26,366 bases of DNA from a virus (Duplodnaviria > Caudoviricetes). A program made the translations under genes and the position numbers. A model generated the notes under the pieces. The model did not search any database. It was not told where the DNA came from and saw only the letters and a list, made by a program, of their open reading frames with translations. The stretch lies in IMG/VR virus record IMGVR_UViG_3300049049_000085, positions 1 through 26,366 of that record; one strand, given 5' to 3'. Positions 14,709-22,294 of the stretch are shown piece after piece. Numbering within the stretch: position 1 is the stretch's first letter; the number at the start of each line of letters is the position of its first letter.

Positions 14709-16360
14709 GCGAGCACAACAGTACCGAAGGCGCGGGTAGCCCCACAGGCGCGGTAGCCGAGCCGGCCGACCAAGTTCAGGAGCTGATGCGGCTGGTGGAA
14801 GCCTTCGGCCGAGCGCAGCGCCGATGGGCTGGCGGCACGGGCAACGCGGATGACATCGTTGCCGCCCGCACCGCCCTCGAAACCGCCATCCGCGCCGCTC
14901 TCGCACATCCGACGATGCTCAACGGCATGACCGAAGCCGAGACATCCGCCTCAGTCGCGGGGCTGTCGGATGCCGCTGCGATCCCTGACGCGAACAGCCT
15001 GCGTGCGTGGGCCTGGGTGCCTTCGCCAAGCTGGGGCCAGTGGGAGGTCTCGCTGAATCCCGAGCGCGGCATGCTCGCCAAGCAGCACGGCCTGAATGTG
15101 GTCGAAATGGTGCCTGAGCGCACGCTGGGGGCGGCTGAGGCGCGCGACGTAACGCGCGACCCATGGGCCAGCGTGAAGCACCTGCTTGACGGCTGTCCGT
15201 ACTCGGTGCGGTGCTGCGAAGGAGGCGGGTCTGAAGACCTGCTCGCCAGCCTGTGCGTCACGTTCCGAGGCATGCAAATGCGGCTGGAGCGTGACCCGAT
15301 GTTCATGCCCCGTCCGGCCACCGCCTCAGTCTTGCGCGAGGGATCGGAGCCGAAGGCCACGACCGAAGGGCGTGGGGCGGAGCCCGTAGAGCCCGGCCGC
15401 GACAGCGGCGCGCCCAAAGAATCGATCGCATCCCCCGCAGCAGCGGGTGCGCAGGAGGGAGTGCCGGCTGAGGTGCTGAAGATCCATCCGCAGAGTCTTC
15501 GCGGCCTAGTCGAAGGCGCGGGCGGGAACTACCTGACCGGCGGCGGGGCAGCATTCACGAGCGTGGCACTTGCCAAGTTTGTGGTGAGTGCGGTCGAAGC
15601 CCTCGCCACCCACCCCGCGCCCCAGGCCGCACCGGACATCATCGAGTCCGTGTGCGACATCCTGTGCCGCATGAACGAGGCTCCAGGCACCCACACCCGG
15701 GAATCCTGGAAAAGCGAGATTCGTCGCGCCATCGTGGGCCTGCGGACAGGCGCGCTGCCCGCCCCCCAGGCACCCGCAGCGGGTGCGGAGGTAGCGCCGA
15801 GCGAGTCGAACGAGTGGATCAAACAGGCGCGCCGGACGCTGGATCGGCTGGCCGCCTTCCTCCAGCGCATTGGTGCGCCGCACGCAATCGACTGGCGCGA
15901 ATGGATTCACAACGCAGAGGTGATGGTGTTGGCGCTTCAAGACCCGGCAGCGGTCAAGCAATCCTTGACGGCTGCGCCGGGTGAGCCGCGGGAACTCGCG
16001 CGGGCCGTCCTCATCGCGGAAGAGGCGCAGCAGTTCGCCGAAGACCGCACGCACCTTGGTCGTCGGGTGTACATCAATGATCTCGTGTGGGCTCTTCGGA
16101 CGCTCGCCGCCGCTCGCGCAGAGCCAGCAGGCGGGCGAGTGGATGAGCGGGAGGCGCTGGCAAACCTAGTTCGCTACGTGGAGCGGAATGAGTGTCAGCA
16201 CGAGTCAACGCATCGCGGCGGCTCGATCTGGACCATCTGCGACGACTGCGGCAGGAAGTGGGCCGACGATCGCGGCGGCTTCAAGCCCTACGAGCCGGCG
16301 CCCGAGTTGGAAGCAGCCCGCGCTGCTCTCAGTGCCCAACAGCCCCAGGAAAAGCCATGA
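14705..16360 (+). CDS. Large mosaic accessory protein (modules joined by Pro/Ala linkers)
   Basis: GTG 14705 after AGGAG; repeated PAPQA/AAGA linkers; C-terminal CQH...CDDC zinc module. Confidence 0.7.
   Translation: MSEHNSTEGAGSPTGAVAEPADQVQELMRLVEAFGRAQRRWAGGTGNADDIVAARTALETAIRAALAHPTMLNGMTEAETSASVAGLSDAAAIPDANSLRAWAWVPSPSWGQWEVSLNPERGMLAKQHGLNVVEMVPERTLGAAEARDVTRDPWASVKHLLDGCPYSVRCCEGGGSEDLLASLCVTFRGMQMRLERDPMFMPRPATASVLREGSEPKATTEGRGAEPVEPGRDSGAPKESIASPAAAGAQEGVPAEVLKIHPQSLRGLVEGAGGNYLTGGGAAFTSVALAKFVVSAVEALATHPAPQAAPDIIESVCDILCRMNEAPGTHTRESWKSEIRRAIVGLRTGALPAPQAPAAGAEVAPSESNEWIKQARRTLDRLAAFLQRIGAPHAIDWREWIHNAEVMVLALQDPAAVKQSLTAAPGEPRELARAVLIAEEAQQFAEDRTHLGRRVYINDLVWALRTLAAARAEPAGGRVDEREALANLVRYVERNECQHESTHRGGSIWTICDDCGRKWADDRGGFKPYEPAPELEAARAALSAQQPQEKP
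15334..15417 (+). repeat. Structured element copy D
   Basis: Collinear with copy C, with compensatory changes in the variable stems. Confidence 0.85.
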
Positions 16361-16551
16361 ACCACAGCGACCAATCGAAGAGCGAACCTTGCGGCCGCCG
16401 TGATGAGCCAGGCCCTGGCGATGACGTGGCGTGCGTCAACTGCGGGGAGCGTGCGCTCGACACCGGTCTGGAGTGCGACAACTGCGGCTTCGACAACTTC
16501 GAGGCTGTGACGGGCAAGCCGTTTCCCGGGCGACAGCAGGAGAAGCCATGA
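16357..16551 (+). CDS. Small zinc-ribbon protein
   Basis: CVNC...CDNC; ATGA coupling. Confidence 0.65.
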   Translation: MNHSDQSKSEPCGRRDEPGPGDDVACVNCGERALDTGLECDNCGFDNFEAVTGKPFPGRQQEKP

Positions 16552-16766
16552 GCGAGCTGAGCGCATGGATCAAGTTCGCCGACCGCCTGCCGTCGCACCA
16601 CGATGCTGTTGGCGGGATGGTCTGGGCGCTGGAAGAAGGCGGCACCGAGAAGCAGGCCATGTGGAACTGGGTTCCGCCATCGACACCTCAAGCGCGCGAG
16701 ACCTGGGCCGCCAATGGCTTCGTTGCATGGCGCCGCATCCGCATCACTGGAGCCCCCAATGCCTGA
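16548..16766 (+). CDS. Small DUF551-like protein
   Basis: WIKFADRLP...VAWRRI; AGGAG RBS. Confidence 0.6.
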   Translation: MSELSAWIKFADRLPSHHDAVGGMVWALEEGGTEKQAMWNWVPPSTPQARETWAANGFVAWRRIRITGAPNA

Positions 16767-17232
16767 CCTGAAGCCAGCGCTTGAAGCCATCGACACGCTG
16801 CGCAAGCACTACGGCAGCCAGCCCATCTGCTGCGGCGACTTCCTGCCCGGCCACCCTGGCGACGGCTTCATGCAGCCGCCCGATGGCCCCGAGTGCTGCC
16901 AGTCGCCCGACCGCGACGTGAACACGCTGTGCGATGTCATCGCCAATGTACTGCGTGACCCAGCGTGCAACGGGGTGAGCGCAGGGCTGCCCGCAGACGG
17001 GATCGACGTGCAGGTTGCCGAGTTGGATGGAGCGTGCGACTACTACAGCGAGGAAGCGGCCGACATCGCGGACAACAAGGCTAGGCGGGGCGCCCCAGCA
17101 CCGCAGGCGCTGACCGACGAGCAGATCGACGCATTCACGATCCAGCTATCCCCGTGGCCGACGAAAACAGAGGTGCGCGCGTGCATCCGCGCCATCCTCG
17201 CCGCAGGGCACGCACCTGGGGAGAAGCCGTGA
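16759..17232 (+). CDS. Hypothetical mosaic protein
   Basis: MPDLKPAL...ICCG...PECC...ALTDEQI; GGAG RBS. Confidence 0.65.
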   Translation: MPDLKPALEAIDTLRKHYGSQPICCGDFLPGHPGDGFMQPPDGPECCQSPDRDVNTLCDVIANVLRDPACNGVSAGLPADGIDVQVAELDGACDYYSEEAADIADNKARRGAPAPQALTDEQIDAFTIQLSPWPTKTEVRACIRAILAAGHAPGEKP

Positions 17233-17444
17233 GCACAGAAGCGCAAGCCCAAGTTTTGATCAACGGGATGCCGTACCTGCGGGAAGTGATCCAGGTCGCT
17301 GTGGTGACCTTCGATGGCACCTCCTGCACGGTTCCTGTCCGCGACCTGCTGGACGTGATTGAAGATGGCGCGCAGTACAGCGTGCAGGTCAAGACGATGC
17401 GGCTCAGCGAGTTTGAACGCTTGCCAGAGTTTGGAGGGTGGTGA
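17229..17444 (+). CDS. Hypothetical protein
   Basis: GTGA coupling; ends EFERLPEFGGW. Confidence 0.65.
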   Translation: MSTEAQAQVLINGMPYLREVIQVAVVTFDGTSCTVPVRDLLDVIEDGAQYSVQVKTMRLSEFERLPEFGGW

Positions 17445-17725
17445 TGACCGCCATCGACACCAAGATCCAGGACCTGATGCGGCTGGCGGATGAGTTCGCT
17501 CGCGCCTGCTTCGACACCGACGGCGGTGCGCATGACGCCCGCGCCGCCCTCGAATCCGCCCTTCGCAGCGCTCTCCAACGGGAGCCGCTGACGGAGGAGC
17601 AACTACGCACAGAGTATCGACGCCGCTGGGGATCTCCTGACCCGCGCGATCTGCTGAACTTCGATGCCGGCGTCCGCTGGGCCGAACGCGCGCACGGCAT
17701 CGACTCGAAGGACACCCATGGCTGA
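17444..17725 (+). CDS. Hypothetical protein paralogous to the N-terminus of 14705-16360
   Basis: QDLMRLADEF...ARAALESALRSAL versus QELMRLVEAF...ARTALETAIRAAL. Confidence 0.7.
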   Translation: MTAIDTKIQDLMRLADEFARACFDTDGGAHDARAALESALRSALQREPLTEEQLRTEYRRRWGSPDPRDLLNFDAGVRWAERAHGIDSKDTHG

Positions 17726-17930
17726 CACACCGGTAACCTCGTTCGAGTTCATCGCCGAATGGTTCCAGCGCTCTGCTGATGTTGCCGCCAAACAAGGCCG
17801 CATGGATTCAGCGCTGCTTTGGCGCGACGGTCTGCAGCACCTCAAGCATCTGCACGCCGAAGTCAAGCGCCTGACCGAGGAACTATCCCTTCTGCGCGAT
17901 CACCTCGGAGAGGGGAATCGGCATGAGTGA
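17718..17930 (+). CDS. Hypothetical protein
   Basis: AAGGA RBS; MADTPVTS... Confidence 0.6.
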   Translation: MADTPVTSFEFIAEWFQRSADVAAKQGRMDSALLWRDGLQHLKHLHAEVKRLTEELSLLRDHLGEGNRHE

Positions 17931-18360
17931 CATCAAGGAAGTGCTGGCCGGCGATCACGATCTGGCCGGCCTCGCTCATGAGCTATGGGCAATGGCTCAA
18001 GGACGGCCGATCGAAGACGCAGTGACCGCGATCACCGAAAGGCTGGGGCTGGACATGCTGGCAGCCGTCGCGGCAGAGCACCAAGCCATCATTGATCTCC
18101 TGCCAGGCGGGGATTCCGTAGACCCGCAATGGCTGGCCGATCAGATCCGGGCTCGGCTCGACACACGGCGGACTGCACAGCTTCCGGCGCCCGCGGCGGG
18201 GGAGCGCGAAGCGTTCGAGGCGTGGCTCATGTCTCTCGGGGCTGCCCAGGGTGGCGCGACGCTGCAGAAGCTGGGCGCCGAGTACCTGGACGGCCGGACA
18301 CGTTCCGCATGGCAAGCATGGCAAGCGCGCGCCGCCGCTCAAGGAGATGGCAATGGCTGA
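17923..18360 (+). CDS. Hypothetical mosaic protein
   Basis: EREAFEAW...AWQAWQARAA module typical of phage accessory ORFs. Confidence 0.7.
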   Translation: MSDIKEVLAGDHDLAGLAHELWAMAQGRPIEDAVTAITERLGLDMLAAVAAEHQAIIDLLPGGDSVDPQWLADQIRARLDTRRTAQLPAPAAGEREAFEAWLMSLGAAQGGATLQKLGAEYLDGRTRSAWQAWQARAAAQGDGNG

Positions 18361-18574
18361 GCCTGTCGGCCTCGGGTCCAAGCTCCGGGATTTCTTCGCG
18401 CAGAACCCGGATGAAGAACTGTCCTACGGCGACGTGATGGCGAAGTTCGGCTGCTCGCACGGAAACCTGCGAACCACCGTCTCCCGTCTGGTCGCCAACG
18501 GCGAAATCGAAGTCCTGCACGTCGTTCGACGTTCGCAGATCGAGCGCGAGGCATCCCCTCGAAACAACCCTTGA
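18353..18574 (+). CDS. Small winged-HTH-like protein
   Basis: EELSYGDVMAKFGCSHGNLRTTVSRLVANGEI; AGGAG RBS. Confidence 0.65.
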   Translation: MAEPVGLGSKLRDFFAQNPDEELSYGDVMAKFGCSHGNLRTTVSRLVANGEIEVLHVVRRSQIEREASPRNNP

Positions 18575-18583
18575 AAGATCACC

Positions 18584-18907
18584 ATGGCAACAACCCCTCC
18601 AGTGAATGCAGCAGGCGACCCAATCCAGACCGTGCAGGTCATGGAAGACCCAGCCTCCATCGCCATTCGGACCCAACTCGCAGCAGCAGAAGACAAGCAG
18701 GCCGCGAGCGCAGCGCTGATCGCCGCCAGCGGTAAGAACCTGGTCGATGCGCTGAAGCCGGCCCCTGTCACCGATGCCGAACTGTGGCGGGGCTTCTTCC
18801 ACACCGCAGCAGCGGGCGTGCTTCGTCACCCGCAGTTTGCGCCGCTGACACTGGCGGCCGACGTGGCAGACGCGATGCTCGCCGAGTACCGCAAGCGCTA
18901 CCCGTAG
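18584..18907 (+). CDS. Hypothetical protein
   Basis: C-terminal AADVADAMLAE motif. Confidence 0.65.
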   Translation: MATTPPVNAAGDPIQTVQVMEDPASIAIRTQLAAAEDKQAASAALIAASGKNLVDALKPAPVTDAELWRGFFHTAAAGVLRHPQFAPLTLAADVADAMLAEYRKRYP

Positions 18908-18916
18908 GGGGATGAG

Positions 18917-19135
18917 ATGGACCTGATCACACAAGCATTCATCTTCAAGAAGTACGGCCCGCGGCTGAACACCGACCAGATCGCGGAGGTCCTGGGGCTG
19001 TCGAAGCACACCCTCTATCACCACTTCGCCGCAGGCACCTGCCCGGTGAAGACCTACACGGACGGCGGGAAGCGCTGGGCCTCCTATGAGCACGTCGCGG
19101 AGTACCTGGAGCGCGTCAGCCAGTTGGCGGCTTAG
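18917..19135 (+). CDS. xis: Excisionase-like HTH protein
   Basis: RLNTDQIAEVLGLSKHTLY...GGKRW; convergent with and overlapping the integrase. Confidence 0.8.
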   Translation: MDLITQAFIFKKYGPRLNTDQIAEVLGLSKHTLYHHFAAGTCPVKTYTDGGKRWASYEHVAEYLERVSQLAA

Positions 19136-20123
19136 ACAGGTCCTCGGGCTTGAGCTGGGTGTATCGCTTCAGGTGCTTCCAGTCGGCGTGACCTGTCACC
19201 AGCGCCACCTGCTGGATGGCGTAGCCCTGCTCGAACAGAGCAGAGGTCCCCTCGTGGCGCATGTCGTGCAAATGCAGGTCCGGGATGGACAGCGCCTTGC
19301 AGGTCTCCGTGAAGTACTTCGACAGCGTGCGGTCATGGATCGGGAAAATCCGGTCTTCCTCGCGCGGCTGGCGGTTCACGATCTCCCACGCCGGCCCGAT
19401 CAACGGGACCAGGTGCCACTTCTTCCCCAGGCGCGGGTGCTTGCGCCAGACCCCAATGCATCGCTTCTCGGTGTCGAGGTCATTCCACGCGATCGCGCAC
19501 ACCTCGCCTCGCCTCATGGCGCTGACGGCCGCGAAGGACACCGCCTCGGCGTAGATTGCCCCGAAGTTCTTCCCCAGGTGATCGACCACCCGGGCCATCT
19601 CATCCTCAGTCGGCCGACGCTCGCGCTTCCCGCCCCCGCCGATCAGCCGCAGATGGTTCAGAAGCGGCCGCGACGCCCCGACGACATCCGGCAAGGCGAT
19701 CTTGAGCGCGGCAGCGCCGTAGCGCATGACCGTCCCAAGTTTGGAAATGTCCATGTTGATGGTGTACGGCCCCGCCCCTTCGTCCCGGCGCATGACCGCG
19801 AACACCTTCAGGTCATCCGGCGTCAGGTTGGCCGCCACCTTCTTCCCGAGCCCCGCCTCAAGCTTCTTGAGGGTGTAGTGCTCGGTCGATTCGTCGCTGA
19901 TCGGCCGGGCGCCCTCGCGAAGCGTCCGGTACGCGTCGATCACCTGCTGCACCGTCGCCCGCGACACCTCGGCCGGCGTCAGCCCGCGGTCGATGTCGGT
20001 CTCCGTCTGCCGCACCCAGGCCTCCGCGAGAGCCTTCGTCTTGAAGGTCCTACACTTCGCCGGATGCCCCTTGCGCCTCACCTGAGCGCGCCATCGGCCG
20101 TCGCGGTTGATGATGCTCCCCAT
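19116..20123 (-). CDS. int: Tyrosine integrase
   Basis: AMRRGEV, HDMRHEG, TGHADW and RYTQ catalytic residues; N-terminal arm-binding domain; start MGSIINR at 20123. Confidence 0.95.
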   Translation of the reverse strand: MGSIINRDGRWRAQVRRKGHPAKCRTFKTKALAEAWVRQTETDIDRGLTPAEVSRATVQQVIDAYRTLREGARPISDESTEHYTLKKLEAGLGKKVAANLTPDDLKVFAVMRRDEGAGPYTINMDISKLGTVMRYGAAALKIALPDVVGASRPLLNHLRLIGGGGKRERRPTEDEMARVVDHLGKNFGAIYAEAVSFAAVSAMRRGEVCAIAWNDLDTEKRCIGVWRKHPRLGKKWHLVPLIGPAWEIVNRQPREEDRIFPIHDRTLSKYFTETCKALSIPDLHLHDMRHEGTSALFEQGYAIQQVALVTGHADWKHLKRYTQLKPEDLSKPPTG

Positions 20124-20256
20124 GTAGCAGTCTCCGTAGCAGTGCCGTAGCAGTAGCAGCAGTCTACCCCCGGCAGATGGAAGCAACGAAAGGCTAACGC
20201 ACGAGGGAGAAGCAAGGCTAGAATGCGCTGTCGGCCGCCGTAGTTCAATGCGTAGA
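20124..20256. other. attP candidate: arm-type repeats plus a tRNA 5'-end-like core
   Basis: GTAGCAGT at 20124, 20136 and 20147 (GTAGCAGC at 20153); -10 TAGAAT 20219-20224; GCCGCCGTAGTTCAATG 20234-20250 resembles a tRNA acceptor 5' strand plus D arm. Confidence 0.7.
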
Positions 20257-20312
20257 TTGCAGGGGGCACTTGGCCGGCCGTCCCAAATTCGGCACATCGG
20301 CAGGAGCAATGG

Positions 20313-20852
20313 ATGGCGTACTTCAGCAGCCGCAACGGTCGCGTTCGCGCTCACGTGTGCATCGACGGGACGAGGCAGTCGCGGACCTTCGTCGGCATGG
20401 GCGAGGCGAAGGTTTGGGCGGACGAGGTTGAGCAGAGCATCAGGGCGCGCCGAGACGCTCGGCTCGCGCTTGAATCGCACAGCCTGGGGGCGTCCCTGCC
20501 CCGTCGCCTGCTGCATGCGCGCTCGCTGCTGCCGCATCCAGAGGCTTCAATCGTCGCGCACGCGATTCCGGCGTCGCTTCTGTCGGGCGTGTACTTCCTC
20601 ATCCAGCACGCTGAAGTTGTCTACGTGGGGCAGTCGGCGGACGTGTTCGGGCGGATCTCCAAGCACTTGCGGTCAGGGCGCCAGTTCGACAGCTTCAACG
20701 TGATCCCGTGCCCCGCGGAACGCCGCTCCGAGTTGGAGGCGCTCTACATCGCGGCCCTTCTGCCATCACAGAACACCGACCTAGGCGCCGCGCCGGCCAC
20801 GCTTCCGCCGAAGCGGTACATCTCGAACGCTGATGCAGCGGCAATCCGCTAA
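20313..20852 (+). CDS. Integrase-arm-domain / GIY-YIG nuclease fusion
   Basis: N-terminus aligns with the Int N-terminus; C-terminus SGVYFL...YVGQS...GRISKH...ELEALYI...PSQN; AGGAG RBS. Confidence 0.85.
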   Translation: MAYFSSRNGRVRAHVCIDGTRQSRTFVGMGEAKVWADEVEQSIRARRDARLALESHSLGASLPRRLLHARSLLPHPEASIVAHAIPASLLSGVYFLIQHAEVVYVGQSADVFGRISKHLRSGRQFDSFNVIPCPAERRSELEALYIAALLPSQNTDLGAAPATLPPKRYISNADAAAIR

Positions 20853-21055
20853 GGGCGGGATGCCTTCCCATCCAGCACCACAGCCACCGCATCCTCTCCA
20901 TCCTCGGCGGCAAATTCCCCAAAGCCAGAGTTGACCGCCTCCTGTAGAGCCTGCGTGTCCCCGAAGTCGATCAGGAGGCCCCTGCGGATGGTCTTCTCCA
21001 CCCCCTCGGCAACGACCTTGAGGGCTCCGAAGAAGACGATGCGCGCGCGGTTCAC
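20849..21055 (-). CDS. Hypothetical protein at the end of the lysis operon
   Basis: GTG start overlapping the upstream stop; MNRARIVFFG... Confidence 0.55.
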   Translation of the reverse strand: MNRARIVFFGALKVVAEGVEKTIRRGLLIDFGDTQALQEAVNSGFGEFAAEDGEDAVAVVLDGKASRP

Positions 21056-21279
21056 CGGCTGATCATCCGCACCAGTTCCTCCGCATCCCGGGTGCGCTCG
21101 CGCAGGCGCTTCAGTTCGCGCGCGTCGGCTTCCCTCAGCTCCGCGGTGATCCCGAAGGGGCCGTAGGTGCTGGCGACGAAGGCCCTGTCTCCATCGAGCG
21201 AGACGGTGATGAGGTTGTCGAAGCGGCCGGACGCGCAGCCGGTGAGAGCGGCGCACAGCGCCAGGGTGATCAGCTTCAT
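21052..21279 (-). CDS. Lipoprotein (possible outer-membrane lysis accessory)
   Basis: MKLITLALCAALTGC lipobox; GGAGG RBS. Confidence 0.75.
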   Translation of the reverse strand: MKLITLALCAALTGCASGRFDNLITVSLDGDRAFVASTYGPFGITAELREADARELKRLRERTRDAEELVRMISR

Positions 21280-21680
21280 GGGGCCTCCAGGATGGGCTTG
21301 CAGGAATCGGGGTCGGCGAACTGCCCGCCGAACATGCGGACTGCGCGGTAGACGACAGCAGCCATGGCAGGGTGCAGGCCGTCCTCCACCAGCATCTGAC
21401 GCAGCAGCGAATCGGCCGGCTGTCGCCACGAGGCAGGCAATGCGCACTCGCGCATCAGCTGGTACAGCGCGTCATGTACCAAGCTGCCGCGAACGATGGT
21501 GGCGTCCTGCGCGATCGGGCCAGACGCTCCATCCCACGCGTACCCTGTGGCGATGGTCAGCATGCCGTCGAGAGATAGGCCCACGAAGTGATTGCCTGGG
21601 CAGGCCTCGGTGATCGGGGTGGCGACCTGGAACGGCTCCGCGAGCTGGAATCGGTAGCCGTCTCGGTAGCGGACGTTCAT
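21276..21680 (-). CDS. DUF1353-family protein
   Basis: GYAWDGAS...SLVHDALY...ADSLL...VYRAVRMFG. Confidence 0.8.
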   Translation of the reverse strand: MNVRYRDGYRFQLAEPFQVATPITEACPGNHFVGLSLDGMLTIATGYAWDGASGPIAQDATIVRGSLVHDALYQLMRECALPASWRQPADSLLRQMLVEDGLHPAMAAVVYRAVRMFGGQFADPDSCKPILEAP

Positions 21681-22294
21681 CACAGGACCTGCAACAGGTC
21701 TTCCGCGATGCTTAGCCGCAGGTCGCGCTTGAGCATCGCCGGGCCGTGCACCGTGCGCGTGATCGCGTCCCACTGCGCCGAGTCGGCCAGCAGATTGCAG
21801 CGCCGCGCGTGCCAGAACCATGCCGCGGTGAGGCACGCGTCGGGAGGCAGCGCGGCAAGTTCCGGCGCGCTGACGTAGGGGCGGCTGAGGCCCGTCTCGG
21901 CGTCGGCGTAGTTGCCGCGGCCGGTCAACTGGAACAGGCCGCGCCCGCGAAATCGCCACCCGTCGCCGCTGAACTCATCGCCGTTGCCGAGCACGCCGGC
22001 ATAGGCTGCATTGGCAAGCCCACGGGGGTTGCGCGCCAGCTTGGCTAGCTTCTCGTGGTCCAGGTGCGCCAGGCGCTTGAAGACCAGCGCGATGCGGTCA
22101 GCGTTGCGGTAGTAGAGGCTTTCCTCCATCGCCGTCAGGTGCGCGGACTCGACTACCGCCTGGGCCAGGAAGCCAGCCACACGGTGGCGCGTCGTGATGT
22201 CAAAGCGCTCGCACGCGATGGATAGCGGCTCGGCGAAGACTCGAGCTTGCGCCGGCCCCACGCCACAGGTGATGAGGGCGGCGACGGTGATCAT
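21680..22294 (-). CDS. Endolysin, glycoside hydrolase family 19
   Basis: FLAQAVVES, EESLYY, DGWRFRGRGLFQLTGRGNY, AAWFW. Confidence 0.92.
   Translation of the reverse strand: MITVAALITCGVGPAQARVFAEPLSIACERFDITTRHRVAGFLAQAVVESAHLTAMEESLYYRNADRIALVFKRLAHLDHEKLAKLARNPRGLANAAYAGVLGNGDEFSGDGWRFRGRGLFQLTGRGNYADAETGLSRPYVSAPELAALPPDACLTAAWFWHARRCNLLADSAQWDAITRTVHGPAMLKRDLRLSIAEDLLQVL

Noticed and set aside
12569-15417. CRISPR or other guide-RNA array interpretation of the repeats
   Set aside because: Copies are dispersed, in both orientations, conserved in structure rather than sequence, and lack regular spacers or an effector gene.
16999-17008. GGGATCGACG as a fifth element copy
   Set aside because: It matches the 5' side of copy B but has no downstream GAGCCCG or CGCCCAA partner.
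14777-17575. Diversity-generating retroelement TR/VR pair
   Set aside because: No reverse transcriptase in the window, and the differences are not adenine-specific.
20234-20310. Complete tRNA gene
   Set aside because: Only a 5'-end-like segment is present; no anticodon arm, TTCGA T-loop or matching acceptor 3' strand.
20124-20537. 138-aa N-terminal extension of the integrase in the ORF track
   Set aside because: It runs through attP and the opposite-strand gene; the Int domain begins at ATG 20123. Extended starts for terL, terS, cI and 24299-25918 were trimmed for similar reasons.
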